From contig NW_026782461.1 of assembly GCF_031769215.1 (NCBI RefSeq), forward strand, positions 620,001 to 684,000: DNA of 64,000 nt. Direction: 5' to 3'. A model generated the notes under the pieces. It was given only the letters and a program-made list of their open reading frames with translations. It searched no databases and was not told the origin of the DNA. The position numbers and the translations under genes are program-made. This document shows positions 37,601-50,467 of the stretch, piece after piece (the first letter of the stretch is position 1; every line of letters starts with the position of its first letter). Origin of the DNA: Ylistrum balloti. Its lineage: Eukaryota.

Positions 37601-38663
37601 CTTCATGCGCTTTGCAGAGAATGATGCTTTGTTACAACGTCAGAGGATGACTACTCCCTTCCTTGCCCAAAGTGATCCAAACGCATTACAAAACCTTCAT
37701 CGCATGGCTGATTCTGCGCTTGCATCACATTCAAACTCTGCATCATTGCTGCGGCGCCCTACAACTGTACCTCCACGTGAGGACATGTTTCCAGGTCCAG
37801 CAGCAGTGACGGCGCAAACCATGGCCAGGAATCCATTCAACTCATGGGCTGGTGTAGCTGGGCAGGAAGTACGGCCTGCTCACTGGTCCCAACCACCATA
37901 TCTTCAGCGGGACCGTCCCGCAAACTCCACATCCTCCCCACTTTTCACCAAGGACAACTACCTCAGTGGGCGAGAGTTCATGTTTGATCCTTCTCGACGA
38001 AGTGTTGCAGAAAGAAATATGTTCCCCGGATTAACTCAGTCGACAACTCGCCCAGAATTACCACATGAAACATTTCCCATGGAGAGATTTGATTTTGGTT
38101 ATTTTGGCAGTCATGGTTACCCAACTGCACCTGCTTTACAGGAGTACACACGCACACAGTGTGGCACAAGCCAGAAGTCGTTAGAGGAGAGATATCGTCA
38201 AACGGCCTCAGGAATCACTGACTTTTCACGTGCTTTTCCTCAAACATCCACGTCGGAAATGTTCAGTAGTATTAATATGAACACATCATTTAATTTGGAC
38301 AAGTATATGTACAACCGTGAGCCTATTTATCATCCACAACACATGGGGGACAGCACCAATAGCCCGTTTCTGCCCCATGGGGTGGCTCCTCAACACACCA
38401 TGTTTGACCGTGACTACCCTCCACGTGGATTCTATCAGAACAGCCCTTATAGCTTTGTGAACTCTATGAATGATAAGCAATATGCAGCTGCAGCAGCTGC
38501 CTCCGCAAAACTTACACATCCTACAGGGTCAGGGGTCACACAGGATCGGGACTTTGTGCCTCGTCCAAACACTGGGGCTGCAGCAGCACCAGATAACCAG
38601 ATTCAGGACCCCTATAGGAATCCACTCTTGTACAATATGATGAACCGCTACTCTTTTGAGTGA
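28605..38663 (+). CDS. Large C2H2 zinc-finger protein, ~2226 aa, 12 fingers. Coding exons 28605-31551 and 34930-38663
   Basis: The ORFs are joined by a phase-1 intron 31552-34929 (cac aca g|GTTTGT ... ttatttcAG|gt gaa agg) inside the HTG|ERKF linker, giving 6681 nt. Ten C2H2 and two C2HC-type fingers between 30519 and 35096, flanked by K/E-rich disordered regions. In-frame TAA at 28572 fixes the start at 28605. Confidence 0.93.
33004..33179 (+). mobile_element. MITE copy 1 (176 bp), 12-bp TIR CAGGGTTTTCCA, 6-bp TSD CATTCT
   Basis: Perfect TIR CAGGGTTTTCCA...TGGAAAACCCTG; CATTCT duplicated at 32998-33003 and 33180-33185; second copy at 59934-60086. Confidence 0.9.
33718..33796 (+). mobile_element. 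Mosaic ghost of the same MITE interleaved with satellite sequence
   Basis: ccataattttgttagta-taggctgtgtagtgaaagta / catgtac / aactggattggt / caaatg-tcaaagta are collinear MITE fragments separated by satellite-like bits; no TIRs. Confidence 0.6.
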
Positions 38664-40789
38664 TTTGGTGTGTGTATGTTTCTGTGATGTAGTCAGCTCT
38701 GATCAGGTCCTCAAGACCACCATCCCTGTCCACGCCAAGTCTCTCAAGCACTTGTGGAGTCTGGTGTACAAAATATAACAGCTGTGTTGTCTTTCTCTAC
38801 ACATCAGAATATATTTGAGATTTACATGGAAACGTCCAGTGACTGTATCGATGCCCAAGATAAAATTCTTGGCATTAATTGTCATTTGTTGTCATGTTGC
38901 ATTACATTTACTCATCTGAGGACCATCAAGGCAAACCTGAACTCAGAGGTCAACTATGAGAAGGTCAGCTATCTCTGAAGTCCGAGATTGATCATCTCTT
39001 TCTGAGGCCAAAGGTCAATCGTCTCTTGCTGCAAGCAGAGCTGGATCTCTCGATACATCGGAGTTTGGAGCCAGATAATCACTAAATCTTATTTTTTCAC
39101 ATTTCACGTGGATGTTCCACATCACCTTCTAAAACTTACCACATAATGTACATTTAGCAAATGAAGATCTGGAGATTTTTCATTGTTACATTATTATGTA
39201 ATAACTCAATATATTTATCACCAGAATTTGACCTGTGAGGGAATATGCTGTATATGTTCATGTGACGAAGAACATCTTTGTGGAATCTGAATGTGTTTTA
39301 GTGGTTAATCAACAACATTTTTTTTTTTTGTGAAATTGAGGTCCAATACCGAGGGTCATATTAATTGTTCATATATATGTATGTTCAGATATCATTCGTT
39401 TCCCAATGTGTTTAAGTCTGTGACAGAGGAGTGTGCAATCTCTGCTATTTTAATGGTTGTGTATGAATGTTATTTTTTCGGTTTGTTTGGTACTTACAGA
39501 GAATGTTCGAAATTGACCAATATTGCTCCACCTCCTTTTTTCCGGCAATACTCTTTTGTTGAACAAGTATACTCTGCCAAAAGTTAAAAAAGAAATGTTT
39601 TGTCAAATATTTTTGCATCGCTAAAAAGAGGGATCAAGACAGCAAGAAAATTTACTTTAAATTATCCACCAGTGTTTTTTTTTTCTTTATTTTTGAAAAT
39701 ATTTTTAGAAATAATCTTTCAAACTTGTTTCTTACCACTTTGAAATTATTTTGATGTATCTTAGAAAGTTGAATTATTGAAAATTAATGCCATTCGTTAA
39801 AAGCATATTTCTGATTGAAAGTTTAGTCAGTGACCCAATGGAAAAGCAGTTTCAATTCAGGATTTGTTTCTCAACAGTGTATGAGAATGAATACATGTCA
39901 TGTACGGAAATGGGAATAAGTACTTGTTATGTACTGAATCTTATACCAAATACAAAGTTATTTCCCTTTGTAAATTATTCATACATGAAGTGAAGTTTGA
40001 CCGCTCTTGAAATACTCGAACTCTTTCCTAGAATAAAAATGAGCTTTTAGTTACACATCTCTTTTACAGAGATTAAAGGGTTAAAAGAGATCAATTGGGG
40101 TGATTTTTTTCTCCTTCTCCGAATATAAATGTATGTTTAGAACTTATATTGAAAGAAAGTGCTTGCACTTCTACATCTCAGCAGTAGTGTTAAGAAATAC
40201 TGCCTCTGTTAAGATATCTATGAAGAATTCTTCATTCACGATATTTTTTGTGAGATTTTGTTTGGTTTATCAAAGTATAGACTACCAATATAATGAGTCA
40301 AAAATTTGTTGAATAAGATTGATCTAAAAAGAGTGTTTTAACAGTTTTTTTTCTTTCCTCTATTACTATTAAGGCTTTTTAACGTGGAAATTCAATTATT
40401 TATGCACCGAGTATTTGAATTCAGTTCAAATTGATAGTGACAATTTGTTCTCAATGGAGTTGGCTTCTCTGATACAAGGGAAATATCAGTAACTTGTATC
40501 ATATGATGTTAGTGCCTAGCATAACAAGCAAACATTTCCACAATCCTGTCACAGGTATTTGAATTAAATATTGAAAAATTTCAACTATGGAAAGTGTCAA
40601 ACAATATTTTGTATCTGTTTTACTCTAGATGTAACTGTAAAGATGTTGTGATAAATTTTCATACTTTTAGTTGTATGCAAGTATATGAAAGGCAGTTGTG
40701 ATTGACAGCAAGAACGTATGATGTGTATCAGCCTTGAGCATGTGCTGCTAAGAGGTGTGTGTAATTGAAGGATGAGTGTTTCCGATGGT

Positions 40790-41700
40790 GTGTAAGAGAA
40801 AGGAATGTGCATTTCTCACCAATGATGTGCATCATGGAAGAGTGAACATCTTCAAGGGATGTATCAACAAAGGTGTTGTCACTGAGGGACAAGAATCATC
40901 AAGGAAAGTGACACCAATGATGTGTGTCACAGAGAGGTGTGCATCTTAAAGAGATGTGTCACCATTGTTATGTGTCATTGAGAGATCTGCATCTCTGAGA
41001 AATGTGTCATCATGGTGTGTGTCAAGTGTACATCTCTGACATGTGTCACCAACCAATAGTTTGTGTACATGTCACAGGAGGCTGTGCATTTCCAAGGGGT
41101 GTGTCGTAAATGGTGTGCATTTCAAACAGATGTGTCACAAAAGGGTTGTGAATATCTCCCAAGGAGTTTGTCACCAATTTTGGTGTCACAGAGGGGATTT
41201 TATCTCAAGAGGATGTTTCACCCATGTTGTAACAAAGTTAAGTGCATTTTCATTGGATGTGTCATCAATGGTATGCGTCTCCAAGGAATGTGTCACTGAT
41301 ACTATGTGTCATGGTGTGTACATCTGCTGCGAGGGATGTGTCACCAACCAAGGATGTGTGTAACAAAGGGTTCAGCTTCTCTGAGGGATGCATCATCAAT
41401 GCTGTACATGCCCAAGTAATTTGTCAGCAATAGTTTGTGTCCTTGATGGGTGTGAGTCTCCAAGAGACATGTCATCAATGGTTTATGTCATTTAGGGGAG
41501 TGCATCTCAGAGAGATGTGTCACCAACAAACTGAATGTGTCACAGAGGGATATGCTTCTTCAAGGTTTTTAGTGTGGTGTATGTGTCTAAGTGCCGAGTG
41601 TACAATGTATATCACTGAGAAGAGTGAGTTTCTGGGTGATGTGTATACAAGTTATTGAGGAGTGTGCCAAAGGGCCACATACCTTCATCAAAGGAAGTGT
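40790..41700. repeat. Degenerate TGTGTCAC-rich minisatellite
   Basis: Dozens of gatgtgtcac / gtgcatct motifs without a perfect period. Confidence 0.7.
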
Positions 41701-44700
41701 GTGAAGTTTGCATTGCACAACAGTGTTTTTGATGTGTGAATGTGCTTGTTGAGGATTTCACCAGGAGACTTATGTAATAGCACTGGCCAATCAGGGCATG
41801 TACATACACCAAATATTGTATGTACATTTTGATGCAGCAGATCTTCAATTTGATCAGATTTTTATGACTAGGATCTTTAATTATGTGTATATGATATTGT
41901 GCAAGATATATAATTTGCATTATGAATTGCCATTAATATGTTAAATTGTAAATATATATTTTTTCTCTTTTAAAATGTCAGTGGTGCCATTGAAAGTTGT
42001 ATTTAAGAAGTGAAAAATCATGTTTTGTGAAATTATTGCATTATTTACTGACTTTTCTCATGAAATGTAATTTTCCTTTACAAAAGGCATATATTCATCC
42101 ATCATAAGAGAACAAAGAGGTGTAAATACCAATATATATATAATATCCACTTATCACCATGACAACAGTTCTGCTATAAATAGATGTCCTGCTGCCATGT
42201 TCTCAATTTCAGCAATTAATTTTGACACATAGAGTAAACTATATATCACATTTGTCTGTATATAAGTAAGGTAATTTGCAAGGGATTGATGTTGAATATC
42301 GAGTCTTGTGTATTTGGAAGTGCTGAACCTTTTCATGTGAAGGGTTGTGTTGAAGTGCCCAGGTTTTCGAACAGTGTTTTCCTACTTCGTACAGTGACAA
42401 GAACTGTTTTGTAGGTTGTGACTTATACTAACCCATGAATGTAATTTTGTGAGTCTTGGCTCATTTTAACCTAAGAGAAAAAAGCTACAATGCATCTCCT
42501 AGATAGCATGTTCACAATTTAATGTGACTTTCGTGTAGGGTTATAATTTGCCAAAATTGACAAAAGAAAAAAAATTCAAATTCCTGTGTTTGTATAGTCT
42601 TGAAATGTATTATAGTGTTTTGGCTGGGCTCATTGAAACCTTCTCTAGCATTGTGTTATTGGAGAATTTTACCCTTTTATACATTGTCAGAATCCTGAGT
42701 TTTTTAATCATGACGTATGATGTATAGAAATTATGGTTTGTATGTTGAAAACTGTTGCCAAGTTTATTTGAAATCCAGCAATTGTAATTTTTGTACGAAT
42801 TTTGAAGATAAGACTTACAATATAGATTACCAAAGGCATTGTCCACTTAGGGACAGGCACATGTACTATATCAAGGGGAAAAATGACTGAAAGGTTTAAA
42901 CCACAAGGGAGTGGGTCTAAAAATCTACACAATATAAAAACTGAAGGATGATATGTACAGCGTTATGTAGTTGGTGTCTACATAGATATACAAAGTAGGG
43001 TTCAATACATAGAGCTGTTGAGGAAATCGAAACGGTGTCAGGACTATGATCTTATTCAATGTTTGACTGAAAAAATAAAAAAAAAACAGCATAGATGGCA
43101 TGCGTATGGATTGGTTATCTAAAAAAATGTTATAGCAAATAGTTCAGATTAATTGAAGGAAATAAATTTGCCTGTCAGCAAGCTTTTTTAAGTCAGTTAG
43201 TTTGCCAATCAGCAGATGCTTTATAGATTCTTATTAACAGTTTGCAATATCAACACAAGCCTAGGATAAAGGGTATGTGATTTTATTAGGACCGTGCCAT
43301 TTTGTTAGGATAACATTTCGGCGATAAATTTAATGTTTCTATCACATTTTAAAAAGATTTAACAGTGTTTTTATCAGGGGTGTTGAATATTTTATGTTGT
43401 ACTTTTATCACAATTTCAATGTAATTATTTTTCACTTTACCTAGTGAAGGTTCTTTTGCTAAATATGTACTTTGATTCAAATGTAGGTTTTCCCCACATC
43501 TTGGGATAGCCATGTCCAAGGAATAATGCAATAATTTGTTTTTCTCTTGCAAGGATGAAAAAATCAAAACTAGTTTGCTAATCTAAACTCAGTATGTTGT
43601 TTTTGCATGCGAGACTTATGGTATAGATGTTAACATAATATTGTATTAGATTGTAGATCCCATTGTGTTTAGGGACGATCTGTATACATTTAGTCCTTGC
43701 TTGTGTCCTTTCCTCATCTTCCTCCTTACTCTGTATACAGATTCTATATGTGCCACATCTCAGGTTCTCAGCATATCTTTCTCCCTTGTATCATTTCTCA
43801 TCTCTGGTATGTAGATTCTCTTACTGATGTCCCCATTCTCTTGAAGTCAAAATGGTTCTGGTTATTTATCCACAATTTAATGTTTTATCTAAATCACAAT
43901 TGATTGTGACAAAAACTAAAAATAAAATCCTGTAGAGTAAATAGATCAGGAACTATTCTTTGACACTTGCATTGTAATGGTAGGTAAATGTCCAGGTGTT
44001 TTTTTAATAAATAGTTGGGTAAAGCATTAGCTTTCAATTTTGGATTAACTTCGTTAATGTGTTCCTAGGGTCAAATTTGAGGAAAAGTTATATTTAAATC
44101 ACATTCATGAAACTGGAACCAGGTTTATAGTTGGTGTTGAGGTCAACTTATTAATTTGGTGGTATAAAGTTCACTGATTTTTTTTGTGAGTTCAGCATTA
44201 ACTGTTACAAGTGCAAGATAGATGATATTGTCTTTTAAGTTTCAAAGATAGCTGATTATCAGCATTTGAGAAACCAGTTAATTAATGGTTATTTTCAAGG
44301 TTAAGTATCTAGAGTTTGTAGGCCTACAAATTGTTTTCAAGTTTGGGGTAGCAAATCAAAGATGATGGATCAAGGTTTCATTATAAGAAAAATGTTTTCG
44401 TTTTTGAGTTTCACTTTGGTCTAACAAGTTGTGATTCAGGGGACACTACTAGATAACACATAGGTTTACTTTATCCTGGGTGTTGTGCATGTTGCATGTC
44501 CAGTGTGGGCCTATACCACTTCACTCTTTATAAATCACTGCTTTCTAGGGAATTTTGTAGAAATCTGTTTTTACCACCTACCTCTGTGGAGGAATCATTT
44601 AATTTATTTTTCTGTAGATATAGGTTTGCCTTTTGCTATACCGATACATTTTACTAGCAGCATTACCTGTGCCTGATTAAAGGATATTACCACTTTTGAC

Positions 44701-45194
44701 CGCTAGAAGGGACCATGGTTCTCACTTCTGTTACTCGAAATAATAATTCTATATATACTCATATAGTTTTGACTTCTGACAAGGACGATTTTCTTGGTCA
44801 AAGAAAAATTGATTTGGATGACTGACAGATGTCCTCAGAGTATTAACATGTATATGTAACCAGTCTGTGTGTATGCACTGCAGAAAATTATTTCCAACTT
44901 TTGTTTATATTACAGACCAGAGTCATAGTGAGAAGTTGTTTGGAGGTCGAATATGATCCTTTCTGAAAAACACAAAGTGCAACTCACCCTAGAAATAATT
45001 CTGTAGTACATATCACACACAGTACTTTGTGTCATATAAACATATAGTTAAAATAATTTCGAAGGTTTGTTAAATTATTTTAAAGAATGATATGTTCTTA
45101 CAACTTGCTATAGCAAGTCAGAAAAATTCATGAGTTCACTTTGTCAAGTAGGGTTATGGGGTTATTTCAGGTAATTATAGAATAGTATAAGTTT

Positions 45195-45600
45195 CAGAGA
45201 AGTCTGTGTACTACTGTAGTTGATGAAGAAGACAAAAATCTGAAGTTTTGGAGAGGTCTGTGCTACTGTAGTTGGTGAAGGAGAAGAGTTTCTGAAGTCT
45301 CCAAGAGGTCTGTTTACTACTGTATTGGATGAAGGAGAAATAATTCTGAGGTCTTAGAGAGGCCTGTGTGCTACTGTGGTAGGTGAAGTAGAAAAAAGTC
45401 AGGTCTTGGAGAAGTCTGTACTACTGTGATGGGAAAAGTAGAAAAAATTCTGAGGTCTTGGAGAAGTCTGTACTACTGTGATGGGGAAAGGAGAAAAAAT
45501 TCTGAAGTCTCAGTCAGGTCTGTGTACTACTGTATTGAGTGAGGGAGGAAAGTTTCTGAATTTCAGAGAACTCAGTTCTACAGCAGTGGGAGAAAAGTGA
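45195..45600. repeat. Degenerate ~55-58-bp tandem repeat (~7 copies)
   Basis: Recurring tctgaagt(c/t)ttggagaggtctgtg(t)actactgt(a/g)...gatgaaggagaa. Confidence 0.75.
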
Positions 45601-47020
45601 TCCATTATATCACTGTAATGGTAAAATTAAATATCATCAGTTCATATCTTATGAGTCTCCAGTGTATCTTGCTGATACATATGCCTGACTTGACATCAGT
45701 GATCACAAACATCACATAATGATTATAAATTATAATAATTAATATAAGCTTTAAGCTTGTTTTCCCATCCCATAAGATAAAATGTACCAGTATTTAAATG
45801 CAAATTATTGAATAAATATTGTTTAAACTAAACATCACATAACGGTTTACAAAATACAAGTGGCCAACCAATAAGCATGCTCACAAGACACTAGTGGTCA
45901 CTTCTACAGTGGTCAGGCACTGTAAGATCACCTCTGAATTGTCATTCTTTTCTCCAGTGTGTACCATCATCAAATTCTATAAGCAGCCAGTTTGAACAAG
46001 ACTTTACTCTCCTTTCAGACCTTTTTTTCTTCTGCATAATTTTATAGCAGTAATTGCTGATTGTTGTGAACATTTGTGTTAAATATTTATAACTTTTATG
46101 TTTTTAACAAATAACTGCAGTTTATATATACATATGTTATATTTATCTGAAGGGCCATCAAGGTGTCGATTTGCTTGAAAACAATGACAAGACAGTTTAC
46201 ACACAATTTCAATCATTTATGCTTTGGAGTATGTATTTATCGCAGCAGTAGAGCTATCACAAAGTATGTTTTGTGCATTATAGATACTTTAGACCAAAAC
46301 AAATTCATATTGTCCTGAGGACAATATTTTATGACAAGAGGAGACTGATCATTACCGGTATTTTATGCGTTGCATTGTCTCAGGAACCTTATCCACCCTG
46401 TGTGTTGTGTACACCTTAATTGTTTCATTTCAGCATCATAATTTCATAAAAGAAAAAAACCCAAACTAAAAAAAAAAAATACAGAGTATGTGTCTTTTAA
46501 AATGTCATCTCATAAAATCATCAATTTGAAAGATTTTTAATTAGAATTCAGGTGAGTTTTAACGATGTGACTACATTGGTTTGTAAAGCAGATTGTCAAC
46601 TTGTGCCCAGACGAGTTTGTTGTATATGTTAGCGGGCAGTCATTGTAAATAAACATTATCATGTGTGTGGTACATATATGGACTATTCTATTGCTGTTGT
46701 TGTTATCTACATAGAAATACATATGTACGTACAGGCATCAAGTTAATAGTGTTTACTTATACCTTTTACCAGGCTTGTTGTTCTGTGTATAAGTGTGACT
46801 GTTATTTGTATTGTATCCTTTAACTTTTAAATGTTACCAAATAACAAAACAAACAAAAAAAAATATTATTATATATACAGTGAACAATTTTTATGTTTGT
46901 GCAAATACAAGATTTATTTGTAAGGATAAATATGAGATATCATTTTCATGATTGCTGAAGTATCCCGATAGTTATACACTATATTATTGCATAGATCATC
47001 ATTTAGACAATAGTTTTAGA

Positions 47021-47030
47021 GAATAAAAAT
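47021..47030 (+). terminator. Candidate distal polyadenylation signal of the zinc-finger gene
   Basis: AATAAA in gagaataaaaat followed by GU-rich ctggtgttgtgttcctttc; no other gene is evident between 38663 and here. Confidence 0.3.
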
Positions 47031-47159
47031 TTTATTACATGATTCCTGGTGTTGTGTTCCTTTCATGTCTGTATCGTGTTCCTGTCAGCAGACGTAATGC
47101 GTCATGATGAAGAGACTTATTTCTACTACCGTTTACACGCATATTCTTGTCTTTGCAAA

Positions 47160-48900
47160 AGAAAATATTATATTTATGTTTCACTAGCTTGAGAGTACAT
47201 AGGACAGAGAAATTGTTACCAAAGGTGGAGATTCTTGACTCTCAGAAACCTAAGGTTTTCCCAAGATTTAGGATAAGAGAGAGAAATATCTCTCAGAAGT
47301 TAGGCAATAATTGGTTTTCAAACATTAGGTTTTCAATAACTATAGTCTATGACAGAAAAAATTTCACCTGAAGGAGATTCTTGACTGTCAAATCTTACCT
47401 TTTCAATAGCTATGAACGAGATTATTGACTGTCAAAACTTTGGCTTTCGATAGCTGAGAGTTAGAACTGAAAAATCCATCCTGAATTAGGAGATTATCTG
47501 TTCTCATCAAACATAAGGCTTTTCCTTGCTTTAGGCAAGGGCAGGGAACTCTACCACAGTAGAATTTTTTTTGACTGCCAGACCTTAAGCTTTACCTAAC
47601 TTAAAGGTAGGACAGAGAAAATCTCACAGGGAGAAAATCATTCGTGACTGTCACACCTTAGGCTTTAACTGACGCTTGGAAGGAAGGACAGAGAAATTTC
47701 TCCTAGATTAGGAAATTCTATATAGTCAAACTTTAGCCTGGACTAGACTTTAATCTGGAATAGATAAGTCTCTGTTGAAGGAGGATATTCTTGGTATTAA
47801 TCCTTATGTTTTTCCTAGCTATAGGTTAGGACATAGAAATCTCTACCAAAGGAGGAGATTTTTAACTCAAACCCTAGGCTTCCCTAGTGTAGGTTAGGGC
47901 ATAGATTCCTAGCTATGGGTTAGGACATAGATTCCTAATTATAGGTTAGGACATAGATACGTAGCTATAGGTTAGGGCATAGAAGTCTACCAAAGGAGTA
48001 GATTCTGGACCCAAATGTTAGACTTTTCCTTGCTATAGGTTAGGACATAGATACCTAGCTATAGGTTAGGACATAGATATCTAGCTATAGGTTAGGACAA
48101 AGATACCTAGCTACAGCTTAGGACATAGATTCCTAGCTATGGGTTAGGACATGGTTTCCTAGCTATAAGTTAGGATATAGCAGTCTACCCAAGGAGGAGA
48201 TTTTTGACTCAAACCTTAGGCTTCCCTAGCTGTAGGTTAGGGCATAGATTCCTAGCTATGGGTTAGGACATAGATTCCTAGCTATAGGTTAGGGCATGGT
48301 TTCCTAGCTATAAGTTAGGATATTGCTGTCTACCAAAGGAGTAGGTTCTTGACTCAATCCTTAGTCTTTCCCAGCCTTTATGTTTGAAAAGAAGTAGTAC
48401 GGAAGACTTTCTCAAGTTATAGGCTAGAACAGAAAAATCTATGTCAAACCTGAGACTTCCCCCCCCGCTGTATGTCAGGACCAGGAAATCTCTATTGAAG
48501 GTGGAGATTCTTCACTTTTAAACCATATGTTTTCCCCAGCTTAAGGGTTAGGAAAGAGAAAGCTTTCCTAAAGGAAGAGATTTTTGACTGTCAAACCTTA
48601 GGCTTTCCCTAAGTTAAGGGTGGGAAAGAAAAATTCCTCATTAATTAGATTCTTGATTGTCAAACCTTAGCATTTCCCTAGCTTTATCCAGAACAGAAAT
48701 ATATCTACCTAAGGAGGAGATACATAACTAACCAGAGAATTTATCTAGCGTACAGTAGGACCACAATCTCCACGCGAAAAGATACTTGACTGTAACACTG
48801 TAACCCAAGGTTTTCTTTAGCTTGTCTATATGACGAAGAAATCTTTACCCGAGATTCTTGACTGGAAAACTCAAAGCTATGTTAAAGAATTTCCTCTGCA
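47160..48900. repeat. Composite tandem repeat: 26-bp unit nested within a longer degenerate unit
   Basis: Core 47810-48330: (T/A)CCTAGCTAT(A/G)GGTTAGG(A/G)CATAGAT arrays separated by ~45-bp tctaccaaaggaggagat(t)tttgactcaaaccttaggcttcc blocks; the latter persists in decayed form on both flanks. Confidence 0.85.
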
Positions 48901-49023
48901 GATAGCTCTATGTTAAAGCTTGGGAATGGTCCTTGTCTCAATATATATGATCAGATACAAACAAACAATGAAACATATTTAAACAAATGGCAATTTCCTG
49001 TATAATGTGTTACAATATTTTGG

Positions 49024-49305
49024 CTCTCTGCACTCCTGGAACATGTCAAGGTAAAATTGAAGGCTCAAGCAAAGTAATTTGATTGGTTCCAGGAGAAAAA
49101 AATCTGACCAATCACAAGCTGATACACTCCTTTTGAAGATTACAAAGGAGCGACACCAAACTTCAGCCAGTACAATATACCGTTATGCAATATCAAGATT
49201 TGTTTGATGTACATTAAAGGATCAAATGATCTTTTTGTCTTGTCCACAAGGTGTTGCACATGGAACCTTCAATTTTGCCATGACATGTTCCAGGGGTGCA
49301 CAGAG
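49024..49305. mobile_element. MITE-like element with ~43-bp imperfect TIRs
   Basis: ctctctgcactcctggaacatgtcaaggtaaaattgaaggctc (49024-49066) is the near reverse complement of gaaccttcaattttgccatgacatgttccaggggtgcacagag (49263-49305); TSD not resolved. Confidence 0.7.
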
Positions 49306-49668
49306 AAAAAGTGATCATAACCCTTGGAGTACTGAGGATGGATGTGTTAGCATTATTGCACTAGAGTCTCTGTAATTGTCAAACATTGAAAAGTAGAATA
49401 ATAAGTTGTTACTCCAGCTCATTCTTGATGTCACATAGTATTACATTGGTCAATGAGAATAGTCTGTGGCTGTATCCAGAAATATCACCTGCAATATTCT
49501 CATTCCCATACAAATCACCGTTAATGATGCAAGTGACCTAGACTGATACTGACATGTTTAGAAAATGGCATGAACAATGATCCAAGTCCCTTTTGATGTT
49601 ACTTGGGTCATGAATATCTTGGTAGAAACAACAGAAAAATTATTATTATCTGATGACTAGCTGCTTAA

Positions 49669-49841
49669 CCCTTTCGGTGCCATAGGCGACTAGAGTCAAC
49701 ATGCAGACAGGCCGCCGTAGCAACTTTGGTCGACAAAGTTAATATCTTTATTTCAGTAATGCTGCCATTGCTTTCGGATATTTTCTGGAAAATATTTGGC
49801 GCTGAGCTGTACATTGTGAGAGATAATTGATGCCGAAAGGG
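49669..49841. mobile_element. piggyBac-type non-autonomous element (173 bp), TTAA TSD
   Basis: TTAA|CCCTTTCGG ... CCGAAAGGG|TTAA (TTAA at 49665-49668 and 49842-49845). CCC/GGG termini with a TTAA target are diagnostic of piggyBac. Confidence 0.85.
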
Positions 49842-50467
49842 TTAAATCTCCAGTTGGCCTTCCTTCTCCACCCAAAATCCTTCTTCAATATCTTGAGAAC
49901 AGATGGATCACTTGCAAATTTCATACTCAAGTTATCCTTGGTATTGATAGCTCAGTCTGTTGGAACATTGGGTAGAGATCTGAGGTAAATGGTTTTAATT
50001 TTTATATTCATGGTTGTGTTTCTCAGAAAACTGAGAAACAGACTGGTCTGTGCTGGCATGGTTGTGCCCTTGAGCACTTTACCCCTCATTGCTCTGGAGG
50101 GCATGAACAGAAAACCTTGCCCCAAAAAGACCCTTAGTGTTCACTGGACAATAAACCTAGAAAACCAGACACCAGATATCTTTTGTCTCTAGTTTTACAA
50201 AAACATTTCATTTTGGTTTTGGAAAGAAATACATAATAGCTGACATGCAGCCATCTTGTATTTTGACAGTTCAATCTTTTATCGTTATTTCTTGAAAACT
50301 GCTGATTGATCATTCTTAACATTTAGGTATGTCTTGCCATAAGTACTTGATGTGCACATTAGATTTTGGGTCTGTATGGATTTTTTTTTTAAAAAAGACA
50401 GACTCTTGACCATCTTAGATGTAATGGATGGAATATTCAAATTTCAGTTTGTTCATTTTATGGCAAA

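Noticed and set aside
41043-41658. Cys/His-rich short ORFs resembling metal-binding peptides
   Set aside because: They are by-products of the TGTGTCAC-rich degenerate repeat, with no consistent motif spacing or splice signals.
49950-50130. SINE-like fragment (- strand aagtgctcaagggcacaac ... ctctacc ... gactgagct)
   Set aside because: The resemblance to tRNA-derived SINE cores is too short and decayed to call without a library search; no A/B boxes are resolved.
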